Positions 13,308 to 25,095 of a stretch of 64,000 bases of DNA are shown piece after piece; within the stretch, counting starts at the first letter, position 1; each line of letters opens with the position of its first letter. The notes beneath the pieces were generated by a model that had not been told where the DNA came from, ran no database searches, and saw nothing but the letters and a program-made list of their open reading frames with translations. A program made the position numbers and the translations under genes. Source of the DNA: Neoechinorhynchus agilis (lineage: Eukaryota; Animalia; Acanthocephala); assembly GCA_051530055.1 (NCBI GenBank), contig CM121341.1, forward strand, positions 11,200,784 through 11,264,783, given 5' to 3'.

Positions 13308-15034
13308 TCAAATTCTTATTCGTTTCATTGCTCCTCGTCCTCCAGTTGGGCTGGGTTGTCTACTTTCTAAACTTTCGATTCGACTATTGATTTCGGCCAG
13401 TTTAAGATCTACTCGCGCAAACCCTTCTCTTATATCCCCAGAGAGAGCAGCCAACTTTCCTAGCATCTCCGAACTGGTTGCGTTTATAATTTTGGCAATT
13501 GTGGTAGTTGATCCAGAGGAGGATGAAGACGAATAGGCCGTCGACATGCTCCCCATTTCGAATGATTGTATGTTCCTATCGATGAACAGACCGGGTGCGT
13601 AGATGTGGTTGTGGTGCCGTCGCCAGGCGTGACTGAACTTTCGCCTTGAAACCGAGTATTTGATAAGGTTGACAAAATAGCTTAGAATCGTAGAATTGTG
13701 CTTGCATGTTGTTGCCCAAGGATCGAAAAGACTTTCTGTAGTCCTAGTAATGGGATGTTGTCCAGCTATAACCAATGCCGGAATAATGCACAATGCACCT
13801 ACGGACCTCGAAGAAACTTTTCTCCCATGAACAGAGAAATCGAACCCAGACGCCCGTTGATGATCCCCTCGATCACTTTCTGATTCGTCATCACAATAAG
13901 AAGATCTCGGTTTTTCCCGTTGTTCCACATAAGTACTTCTTGACTTGCACATACGCCATCTTGTCTGGATTAAAGCCGCGGCCATAGGAAGCAGTTGGTT
14001 AAACCTATGCTTTTTCCGTTCTTCTCTTACTTTCAATGCAAAACCGCTTCCAATTATTCCTGCAGGTAACGCCCACAGAAACACACCAACTATCCCCACT
14101 GTGCTTATGATCACTCGGCCGTGGCTAGTTATCGGAACCTTGTCTCCGTATCCGATGGTCGCCATTGTAATCAGCGTACAATACAGTGCATCGGCCATGC
14201 TTCCAAGTTGAGGATTTGTCCTTTCTGCCATCCATAAAAGATAGGAACCAATGACAAGAACTACGAATGCAAAATATACCGTTGTAATTAGTTCAAAGAG
14301 ATGTTCATTGAACACAGAGAGTAGAATGCGCCAACTTGTCACGTACCGATCAAGATGAAATAATCGACCGATTTGAAAAAATCGTAGCCCACGGACTATT
14401 AAGAGATTTGCGGCTCGGTATTGAACACCGTCTGTCTGACTTTGATCGTTTTGAAAAGATCGTTAATGCTGGTGATATTCTTGTTCCCAAGATCATCACA
14501 TTAACGATCGTCAATGTTTTCGATCACAGCAACGTAAACGCCGTTAGAATTCACTGGATAAAAGATACATCCAACGAGACTTAGTACAGCCAATAGGTCC
14601 AGCATACACAATGGTTTCGCCATAAAGCGCAGCCGACCCCGACATCCCGAGTATTTTTGTCTACATCCACTTGACCATATTCGTACAATGTACTCAGAGC
14701 CAAAATATGCGATCATGAGTGAATCGATCACGAGTGTATAGGGTTGAAGTGTAAGATCGAGTCTAGGAATCGAACAGAGCCAGGTAAACATGAGACTGAA
14801 CATTATGACCAAGAGGACGGCTACGTTATAGACAAAACATCGCATTCCAGTAGGACGTTCGAGGAACATGTACACGAACGTTTGAACCTCTTCAATACGT
14901 CCTTTTGTCGGTACTAAGACTTCCCGAAGACCGCAGTTCCGCGATGAACATCGTCTGCTTGGTGTATACCAAAAGTGTGATTGAACGTCGTCGAATTGCG
15001 CCGAGTTACGAGTTTCATTCGAGTCGTTTTGCAT
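13308..15034 (-). CDS. KCNQ1: KCNQ1-like voltage-gated potassium channel; exons 15034-14555 and 14435-13308
   Basis: FLERPTG, WSSGCR.KY.G..GRLRF..KP, S4 IVRGLRFFQIGRLFHLDR (R-R-Q-R-H-R pattern of KCNQ1), TIGYGD filter, LPAGIIGSGFALKV, IQ-like LIQTRWR. A 119-nt GT-AG intron (14554-14436) restores the S3-S4 frame. Confidence 0.85.
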
Positions 15035-17126
15035 CGTTCATCTACTGAGGGCGGCAGAAGTGGGCCAAGAGGATGCAAAACTCATGTTACGGTGTTTATG
15101 AAGGATACACTTTATTAGTAAGCCCAGAATATTCGTTGAAGCGTTTGAGACATGAGTTGTGGTTGTGAGTATGAGAAGCTGGAAATCCTTGTTTCTTTGT
15201 GTCCTCTAAATATCATTTATCAAATACAGCGTTTGCTAAGTCGCGTGCCATTTATGAGGTTAAAAGCGTGACCAAAAGAAGCCCCAAATGGTGAAATGCG
15301 ATCCATGTCAAATGTTATGTCTCTTGTAGTCCCGCGTTTTCCATTTAGATGAAGCCTAGATCACGATTATCATGTAAATTGCAACTTTCTACAGATTTAA
15401 TCGTGTTATTTGAAAATCTCCTTTATAACTATATGCTAATGAGTGATTTGCCATTTATTGGCCTCGCCAGACAAATCTAGGATATCACTTTTCTGGAACG
15501 AATTGCAACAACAGTTCTTTTCCTTCAGAAATCTTTTTATTATCACATCAGAGCTGCGTTTTGCAAAGCCCAGACGCGACAAGGATAAATACTACGGTCG
15601 ATTGGAGAAATCGTTCCTGCTCATATTTTTATGAGTCAAGGTTCAGAGTTTTTCGAGGAACTAAATATCAGCACAGGATAGGAGGAAATTTTCTAAATTG
15701 AAACGCCATGTTAAGCGGACTTTGGTAATCAAAGGATAGGAAAAAACCGTCTATGATACAATTCCAAAGGACATATCTAAAGCAGGTTTAAGAATAGAAT
15801 TTGTGAGTTTTATTGTAACATTTGAAAATCTCCTTAAAATGTAGGAAGTGAAAGACTATATCAATCATGCTGTGATTATAGCAGCAATTCAAAGAAATCA
15901 GAACAGGTAAAAAGAAGATGATTGGTTTAGATATCCGCCAATGACAGTTCAAGTAAAAAAATGTACAAATAACGTATTTCACATCTCCTGGAAGTCAACA
16001 GGCTCTATATGATATATAAAAATTCGATAAGTAAATAAAAGTACTGTAAAAAGGCAGAATGAAACTTTGAGGTCACTATTATCGTCGTATAAAAAAAGGT
16101 CTGCATTCGTTTGGATTGAAGATGCTCGATTGCTTCACCCGTACTACTTTTCATTGTGTAAAAATTGAAAAAAAAGCCTATTATTAAGTATTTTTAAAAT
16201 ACAGAATTTTTGAAGATAGCACTAAAATAAACGTGAGTTGAGTGTTTCTAATGCGAATTTTTCCATTCCGATTTGCGCAGTTCGATCCACATTGGAAAGC
16301 GATCGTTAGGATCCTTAAGAGAAGTTCAAACGCGATATGCGTTCTTCAAAAACACAAGATCATTTCTGAGGCCTGATTAACATTCAACCACTCTATGTAT
16401 TCAAAAATTACAGCCGTACTAAAGTCTACAAATGAGTTGCTCTAATGCTTAAGATAACGGTAGAAAACTTTCATAGGGACGCCTGCCGTAACTCAAAGTA
16501 ATAGAGAAAGAGTGCCACTTCTTTCGCGCGGTACCAGCAGACAAGGAGCGTCAGACTTCATTCGTTCATTTAAATATTTGAATTTTTAAAAGGGGATTTT
16601 TGGAATCAGCGAAATGGAAACAACATTTATTTTGGCATTTAAAACGTGTACATCTTGCGCTAAACTTTTACTTTTAATTTGAAATGATTTACGACCCTTA
16701 GACCTTCTTCAATATAATTTAAGTGTAGATTCACAAGGGTGCCACACAAAACTCATTCATGTTATGGCACCCGTAGTCGTCGAAGCATAAAAGATGCAAC
16801 GGGATGAATCGAGGCAACCCGGCTTTCCATTTTTATGCGACTCTCGCGGAAAATGAGATTGTCCCCTGAGACTCTTTCAACCGCGAGAAATATCGATAAA
16901 ACTCTCTGCTTATCTGGATATCGCGTTGAAATATAACTTCTTCGTGTAGTTTTCGACTTCTCATTTTATGGACTGTGACTACCTGATAAATTAACTAAGA
17001 AGAACAGGGATTAGATTATTAAAGCCAAAATATCCAAAGTCACGCAGGCTGTAAAACATTTGATTTCACTAATGATTTTTAGCGAACCAAAGATTTGCAA
17101 TCCCATTTTCCCACCCGTGTCTTTTA

Positions 17127-18969
17127 TTAGAAATGATACAACTCAGTTTCATCCTGGTCATCAAAGGAATTTCCTGAAGAAGATTTGAGTATTCGTCTTC
17201 TTGGAATCGTACCTAAACCTATAGATGGATTGTCGTCCTTATCGTTTTCTATCAATTCTTCAAAGTGCGACTCATGCGGCCTCGTGGAAGACTGCACTTC
17301 GCCAGTATTTTCCTTTCGATATCTTCTAAGCCGCTTACGTGTTTCATCGATCGATCGGATTCGGGCGATAAGAGCCAGGCAGATGAGAAGAAGAACAAAA
17401 TCGTAGAAAAACATGAAAAATACGACCCAAATGGGAATCGGTTCGTGGCATCCTTCGGATACAATGAATCGATACGCTTGATTGGACAGATTCTGAGTAG
17501 CATTCGAACTTAATAAATTGGTGGTTGTCTCGGGAGTACAATTCTCGTAGGTTACAAATGGTAAATTCACTAATATGCTATCGTTTTTGCACCTTATCGT
17601 AGAAAATGGACTTTGCTGGGCAAGCGCTAACAACCAATGAAATTCGTGGTCGCGACAAGTTGGGCATTTGGATAGCGTTAACATTAGAGATATATTCTTC
17701 AACGTGTTTACGGCTAATGGACTTGGACGGCTCAGTAATAAATTAGGATTATTGTCTTGATCAATTACGATTGTTGTGTTAGGCTGAACAGCATTTCCTC
17801 GAATGAGTTCGGCTATATTGAGCGAGAATTCGTCCGGATAATTGTTGATTACGAGCAAAAGAGGTCTGATTATGCATTCATTGAGAAATCTATGACTAAC
17901 TTTTGTCTTGATTAATCGAAGTGCCTCGAGATTCGGATACCCCAAACACTTACGATATTTGTCAACTCCAATCTCGCTATCTTCTATTCTTCAGAGATAC
18001 TCACTTTGTGATAAAGCGGACAGTTAAAAAGAGTACCACCGAAGTCGGACGATGACTGCATTTAAATTTTGAAGGTCATAGTTGTCGGGTGTAGCCATTA
18101 TATGTGAGTTAGTCACTTTAATTTCAACGCCAGCACCAATTCCAATGCCGATTTGACCAAAATTGTGGATTCGATTGCACCTAAATCGCGCAGGCCCAAC
18201 TGGCTGACAGTTTCCGTTTATGTCAGGACAAATCCGCGATATTTTCATCCACTGCATTTTAGCGGGAGCAGAGGAATTCGTTTTTTTTGGTTTCTCGTGA
18301 AGACAAACGGGTTTCGCGAATCCCTTTGAGACGATTGCTTTGACGAGATTTGGTAGACCGCGGCACATCTTGGAGCAAATAAAATTTTTGTTATAAATCA
18401 TCATGTCCTTCATTCCGATAATTCTGATGATTCCATCTTCCTGAATGTCTTTAGTGGTTGACACAACACCCAGTTCGTCGATGATTGTTACACTTGGAGG
18501 AATAAAATTTAAACCATCAAAAATATCCTCAAAGGTATAATGAGCGGAAACATTATTAAGCACAACTTGAACTTTCGAAGGCATCGCAGTGAGGGATTTA
18601 AGAAAATCCAATGCGTCCCTCTGTGCCTCCTTCAAAAGACTTACTTTCTGAAACTCCTTTCCTGCCTTTAAAACTGATGAAACCAAGATTCCGGGCGTTA
18701 TGTAACCACTGATTGCAATCTCCCTGAGTTGGTTCAATCTGGCCCAAGATTCCTTACCGATTGTTGTGCTAGACCGATTCAGGTGCAAATACTTTGTTCC
18801 AGCATTGATGCCACCAAATTCAATGGCACCTTCGCAAATTAACCAATCTTTCTCAATTTTGCACTTATTCTTAGCGTTAACACTTAAGACTTGGAGAAGT
18901 TTATTTTGACCATTCACATTTATTTCAACTTTACTAACCTATAAATAAGAGTTCTATAAAGACCAACAT
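17127..18969 (-). CDS. Type I membrane protein with an LRR-like ectodomain
   Basis: Exon 18969-18939 plus a 49-nt GT-AG intron gives signal peptide MLVFIELLFIVLSVNA, then an LRRNT-like CKIEKDWLIC. An LRRCT-like CPTC...WLL...RC...C, a TM segment (IWVVFFMFFYDFVLLLICLALIA) and a short tail follow. The junction at about 17950-18120 is unresolved. Confidence 0.6.
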
Positions 18970-19327
18970 TTGACAGATTGTTAAAAATGCCTTCACTTTA
19001 ATACAAAAAAATGAGCTTAAGAGCATTTGTTCGTTCCTTGGTTACGGTGCCGCTTTTCCATTTGAGGAGTATGAAATTCAAAATAACTACATCTTAATAT
19101 TAATTTTAACAGCCTTAAAAACTACTTATTTAATTTCATTTTCAAAACCTCTGATGTCTTTAATGCTATAGCAAAAAGAACAAAAGATACTGATAATCCA
19201 TAATTCATTTTTAAAATTCCTACTTCAGCAATAATTATTCGTTGCGATTTGAACTCCTTAGGAGCTGGAGCAGTTTTTACAATAATATAACCTTTCGCAT
19301 TGAATCTTGTAAATCAACTTCTATTTA

Positions 19328-19510
19328 ACTAAATGATAATTGATAAATGGAAAAGTCTCAATAAACCATAACATCCAAAACGAATCGATGGGAAAATAAT
19401 GATAAAGTTTATCGGCAAATTGATTATAATGCTAACTTTAGGCTACCCATCGATCCGTTTTTGATATTAGGGTTTATAGAGACTTTTCCATTTATCAATT
19501 ATCATTTAGT
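19328..19510. repeat. MITE-like hairpin
   Basis: 32-bp perfect inverted ends (actaaatgataattgataaatggaaaagtctc), extending imperfectly to about 65 bp per arm. Confidence 0.85.
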
Positions 19511-19684
19511 GATGCTTGAATATGATTGTATTTTTCCCAATAAAGTATCCGTATATTCAAAAGTTGCTGAGACTGCGATTTTTTTCGTGAATTGGTTGTT
19601 CAAAGAATTCGATCCACCTGCGCATATATTTCTCTAAGCAGTACTTTTTAAGAAATCGCTATAATTTTCTTGAAGATTTAATTG

Positions 19685-19827
19685 TTTATGCTTGTTTATG
19701 GCGTGAAAATTAAAAGAATTTATTTATTCCGATAAATAAGCACAATATCGAGCCTTTATCACGAGATTGTGCCGAAATATCGGAATAAATAAATTCTTTT
19801 AATTTTCACGCCATAAACAAGCATAAA
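19685..19827. repeat. Foldback with 50-bp perfect arms, Penelope 3'-end derived
   Basis: 19685-19734 is the exact reverse complement of 19778-19827. The sequence matches the ttgtttatggcg...cacaatatcg.gcctttatca end of the GIY-YIG element at 54439-54520. Confidence 0.9.
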
Positions 19828-20857
19828 ATTTTTATAACGTCGAACGTCATCCTGAAATATTGTTACCAAAACACAGGGTTTGATTATGCACAATAAATCT
19901 TGAAGTATCTCAAAAGACTTTCAAAAGATTTTAAATCTTAAATTATTTTTTACACGGTTTCCTACATGTCGTGCTGTTAGTATTCTTTAATATATGTGTA
20001 AAATTTAAAGATACTTTAGATTTAGTGCCTATCTTTCTTCTTTTCAGAATGTACTAATTGCATTTGCATTTAGATATATTCTTAATATTTCAAACGTTAA
20101 GATCAAAACAATGTCTGAAGATTGGCGGAATTTTTTTAGATATTTACGCATAATATTGTGTATTCATCAAGGTTATTTAAGTGTTTTATTCACAATAAAA
20201 ACATTGTCGCAAAAGAAATCATTCTTTAGACGTTTGGACAGACTGCAGCATTCTCTAAGCTTCTTAATTAAGCGATCGGCAAAGTGGTTTTTAACCACGC
20301 TGTTCGCCCAAGATTTGGAAACGGCCAAATGATTTTTCGATGAAAACTCAATTAAGCAAACTTATTCGAATTTATCTAAGAATGAATCTATTCTTTAAGT
20401 GAGTTACTTCAAATAGCATAAATTGATTTTAAATGTCTATATATCAACATAATCTTCCAACGTTCTTCATGTAGAATTCTATTAACAAAATGCTCTTTAC
20501 GACCCACTGAGGACCTTTTAAATTCTCTTCGTTATAATCTGTTTTTTAGGGCCTCTTAAGCAATGATTTTGAACTACTATCATTATTCAGATTAAAAACT
20601 GAAAAATAATTGTATTTGTACATATCGTAATTATTTTGAAATCTCTTTGCTTATGCTAATATTCACATAGATCAATAGCTTTATTTTAAAAACTGAATTT
20701 TAGAAACACATAATTGTATTGATCAATTGAGCTATTGGTAAAATAAGTGTCATTACTTTCTTTGAAATTTTTATTTTTCATTAATTAAATCCCTTTAACC
20801 AGTTATGTTTTTTAGAGATATTTTTCTTTTCATCAAAAGGACGTAAAGTTTCTCTAA

Positions 20858-23313
20858 ATGTACGTAAAGAAACCTAAAGGACGAATGAGTCTATCACGAT
20901 TAATTGCCAAGACATGTCAACGTTTCCACTTTTTGTGTGAATTGGTTAATTGGTACCAGGGAATTGTTGAAACTAAAGGCGGGTGCGACCATGCAACAAA
21001 TAACCTAGAAACCGCTCTTATCAGATTATCCAACGGTAGTCTTTTTTGTCGAAACTGTTGGCGAAAATTAATGAATTGCGAGGATTGTCCTTTAACGGAT
21101 CCTAGATTCGTGTTCAATAGCCATTGTATAACTGCTGGTTTTAATTGAGCGATTACTAGTTTGTAAGGTTCCTTCAAAGGACTACTAATCGCACTTCACC
21201 ACCGATGCCGCGACTTTCTTTGCTCTTCGGCTAGCAAGTTTCCGTTGCTCCAAATTAAAAGACATCATTGTAAGTGGAGAAGATGTTTTATTCAGATTGA
21301 GATATATGAACAATTCAAACGCTTGCAAAGTCGATTATCAATTTCTTTTTCTACTGCTTTCCCAATATGGTCATCCAAACGATGTATACAATGTGATCGA
21401 CCAGCTATGGAATATTGCTGGAATTCCGAGCGATAGAGACGATCGTTCAAGGAAGATTGCAGCCTTTAAACTGACCAAACGATTGAAAAATGACAAAGTG
21501 CCGGATATTACGCTTCCGTGGAGAGCCGCAATCGATTTAGTACAGTATCGGTCAGTCGTGATTAACCAAGGAGAAGTCATCCTTCCACTTGAATTGACTA
21601 ACTGGATTCTCGGTTTCTGTAATAAGGAAATCCTTTTAAATCCTCCAGTAAAATCCTCACTTATCAAACATGATGTTAAGATCGACCTTTTGGTAACACA
21701 TATTTTGAGCTTAAAGCAAAAATGGCAAGGAATTTACAGGAGCTTAAAGTCGACTAAATGTAAGATCAATGATATAAACCTAGCGATAACCTGTTTTCCT
21801 CCATGTATGTCGAAACTTGTTGCAAATCTTAACGCTGAGTACATCCGACTTAATAGGTCGGACACAATTCTAACCGACTTTGCTTATGATTAGGATGTTT
21901 CTCAGCTGAAACTGAAAATATATTTGCAATTGATTCACATTAATGAAAACAATCAGTGATTTTTGAGCTGTTTTTTTTGAAAAAATCTACCTATACATAC
22001 AGGTTGTATTCAGCGATAGAAAGTCTCACAGACTTAAACACCACAGTCGCATTAAATTAAGCTTGTTTTTGAAAAAAATTGGCTTCAGTCTTGAGCAATC
22101 TATCAAATTCTGGGAAAACGAGTACTCCAAACCTTGCTCAGATAAAGCTGTTTGTGATCATCAATGGAGTAAGAAGTATATCTACAGCCTCAGGCACATG
22201 TATGGACTGGAAGGATCACGGCGGAAATATGATGCTCACCGTTGTGCTATTCTAAAGGAGCTGGTTCATAGTCATTAGGAATCTATTTTAAACGTCTAAA
22301 TCTAACGTCTTCTTATAACATCTCTGCATTCCAATGTTTTTCGTCAATCATTTAGAGCTTATTGGATTAGGTTTAATTTTTCGAATTAAGTGAAACGAGT
22401 AGCAAAAACTAAAGCTAAAAAACAGACGTCTTAAACCTTTGAAAATTCCCAAGCTTGATTTGTTTACCTACCGAAGTTTTTATACGTCCCTGAAACGACA
22501 AAAAGATACCATTTCCTACCCAGCTTAACATCGAAGATGGCATTTAAACTGACGTTAAGTGATGTGCCAAAGCTTAGTGTCGATATGTAGGAAGGTTGCG
22601 GGGTATATGATTAAAAGTGTTATTTAGATCGTCACTGGGTAAAAAAAGTTTTTATTAAAGAAGTTTCCAGCTTCGTCGGGATCATCATCTTACGACGACA
22701 TTCGAAAAGTCTTTAATTTGAATTTTTTTACCGGATGAAGACCTAATTAACACTTTAGCCAAAACGTAGAAAATCGGTTATGTTTAAGTGGCAAGACTTA
22801 AATTGCATTTTCACCAGAGGCAACGGCTCAGAATCTAGCAGACTTTAAAGATTAAGTCGCGCCTAAAAGTAAAATATTTATCGTAAAATCACACACATAT
22901 TGTATATTTGTAAATATCGGCACTTTATGCTTAAGAATTTTCGTGTCGCATTTTCGCTCTCTACGGCTCAATTCTCCAGACAGAGTAGTTTAGTTAAAAG
23001 TCTATAAAAGCAATTCAGGGTTTGAAATGAGAGATCAATTGAGGGTGAAAGTCATATCACACGCCTCATGTTAGTGCATGGTCTGACAATTACTTAAATA
23101 TCGGCACGTGAAATGGCTCCACTACAATCTACGGAGCATTGCCCATTTACAAATAATGGAGTAAAGTCGCAAAATGAACAATGTTCTGAGGAATTAAAAT
23201 CCAAGTTGTCTATTATAAATGACAATTTTAAAAATCGCATTACATCTCCAGTGGAGTACTTCGATTCTATGTATTCATCTCCAACAAGTTTCTCGTATTC
23301 GAAGTACAATTGA
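20858..23313 (+). CDS. DNA primase large subunit-like (PRIM2 paralog type); possibly a pseudogene or carrying non-canonical introns
   Basis: YVKKPKG...RFHFL; DAATFFALRLA...EDVLFRLRY; WRAAIDLV.YR.V....GEV; FPPCM; HRLKHHSR...LFLKKIGFSLEQSIKFW; YSLRHMYGLEG; EHCPF...ITSPVEYF. Two junctions lack a usable AG (see findings). Confidence 0.75.
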
Positions 23314-23697
23314 GACGCCTAGAGGCAATATAAAACCGTGTTTAACTAACTCATGAGTGTACGGTAAAAAGTCGGGAAATGGATTTTGAAAATTAATTAA
23401 GAGAAGACACCCAGAGGAATCAGCATCTTTGTAAGTTTGATTCAATCTTAAAAATTTATTTAAAGATCATATTCCGTAAAATCTGATCAATTATATTTAT
23501 TCGTCCTGAGTGCGTGCACGAAAGCGTTACCCATTACTTGAAGTGTAGACTTAAGTGAAAACACCAATTCCTGTTTAAGTTGTGCCAAAAACCCTTCTTT
23601 TTGGAGAGCAAAGAACACATTTAAATTGTTTCAACATATGTCGAGCCTTCACTTTTATCGGCACTTATATATATCTGAAAATGTCCAATACCGATCC

Positions 23698-25095
23698 ATG
23701 GAATACGAAAAAACGGATTTCTACGTCCAAGCAATTACACTTTCCTTCGGACTTGTTTTACTTATTATCGGTATTACGGGGAATATAACATCAATGATTA
23801 TTCTTCAAAGAAAACGGTTCAGAAACAACATAACAGCTCAATACCTGACTGCTTTCACTGCATCAAATTTCGCATCCATCGCTATCGGTCTTCTTAGGCA
23901 TGTCCTCCTATATGGTCTAGGCATTGAAGTCCGTGGGAATGAAGTAATCTGTCGGGTACATATTTATTGTACCTATATATTCATGCATCTATCTTCATAC
24001 ATTCTTGTTCTTGTTGGAATTCAACGATATAGTTGTATATTTAAGGGAGGTCGATGTAAGAAGATTTTCGGATCAACCAAACTTAACATAGGGTTGTTAG
24101 TAGCAGTTGTTGGTTCCATAGTTGTGCTCGATTCCCATTTTATCATATTCTACAGTTATTCACCAAGAACCTTTGACGGCTTCAATGTATGCAGCGTCGA
24201 TGAACAAAAGCATCCGACTTATATCGAATTTAGAAGGCACTATTTCCCAATCGTCAGCTGCGTAAACTGCGGCTTCTTTCAAATCAAAAATCATCTATTT
24301 CTCTATATTATAAAATTCCCTTTGTTCAAATAGTTACAATAACATCATGCGAGTTTTATTCGGTTTGTACCAACAAATATCTTATAAGTACTGTAAATTG
24401 TAGATTTCTTTTAAGGTACGCTGACCGTCTTGTGATGAATTTTAAACAATCTTTCAACTTTTTATGTGCTTATCAAAGTCACAATATTTCTCAGATATCT
24501 AAGCTTCTTCGGCATGACTCATCGCAACCCCATTGTACGTGGTTATTTATGCGATTTTAGGACTTCGAAGCTTTTTTGTCTGCTCGTACTTGTCTGAGCC
24601 ATTATTTTTTTCAATCCCAAAAGCCGATCGATAATTCATTACAAATTCATCAAGCTTTAACTCACTTTAAAAGAACTCGCCGTTCTAATCTACATTATTA
24701 TTCCGTTCATCGTAGTATTGACAATAAACGTGATGACAATCAGACGAGTAGTGAGTATTGCGGGCAAAGTTGGACGGAAAAGGAAATTCAGAAGTCTTAC
24801 TGTGATGACTATAGTAACTTCGTTCTCGTTCCTTTCCTTGAACACTCCAGTAAACTGCTATTTTGTCGCCAACGAACGATGGCAATACTCTCGTGCAAAC
24901 TTTCCTCTGGAATGGTCAATCGTTAGTCTCATCTTCTACATCAATCCTGCATGCAACTTTATAATTTATATTATAAGCGGATCGACGTTCAGAGTCGAAT
25001 TCAAGCGGTTCTTGTTCGGAGATTCGCCGAATACGTCTGAACGTATTAATTTTAGTCGAACTGTTCAACATTCACAGCGAAGATCATTACGATAA
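23698..25095 (+). CDS. Class A (rhodopsin-like) peptide-receptor-type GPCR, interrupted before TM5
   Basis: TM1 GITGNITS, TM3 LVGIQRY (DRY variant), TM5 LIYIIIPF...N, TM6 LSLNTP, TM7 FYINPACNFIIYIISGSTFR. About 410 bp of non-coding sequence lies between 24253 and 24660. Confidence 0.8.

Noticed and set aside
21270-21295. 26-nt gtaagt...ttcag micro-intron in the PRIM2-like gene
   Set aside because: The unspliced frame encodes the conserved EDVLFRLR motif.
21186-24660. TAA reassigned to a sense codon (in-frame TAAs just upstream of conserved exons in PRIM2-like, GPCR, IF and cullin)
   Set aside because: Several clear genes end in TAA, most junctions also need a frame change, and TAA is expected in AT-rich introns near branch points.
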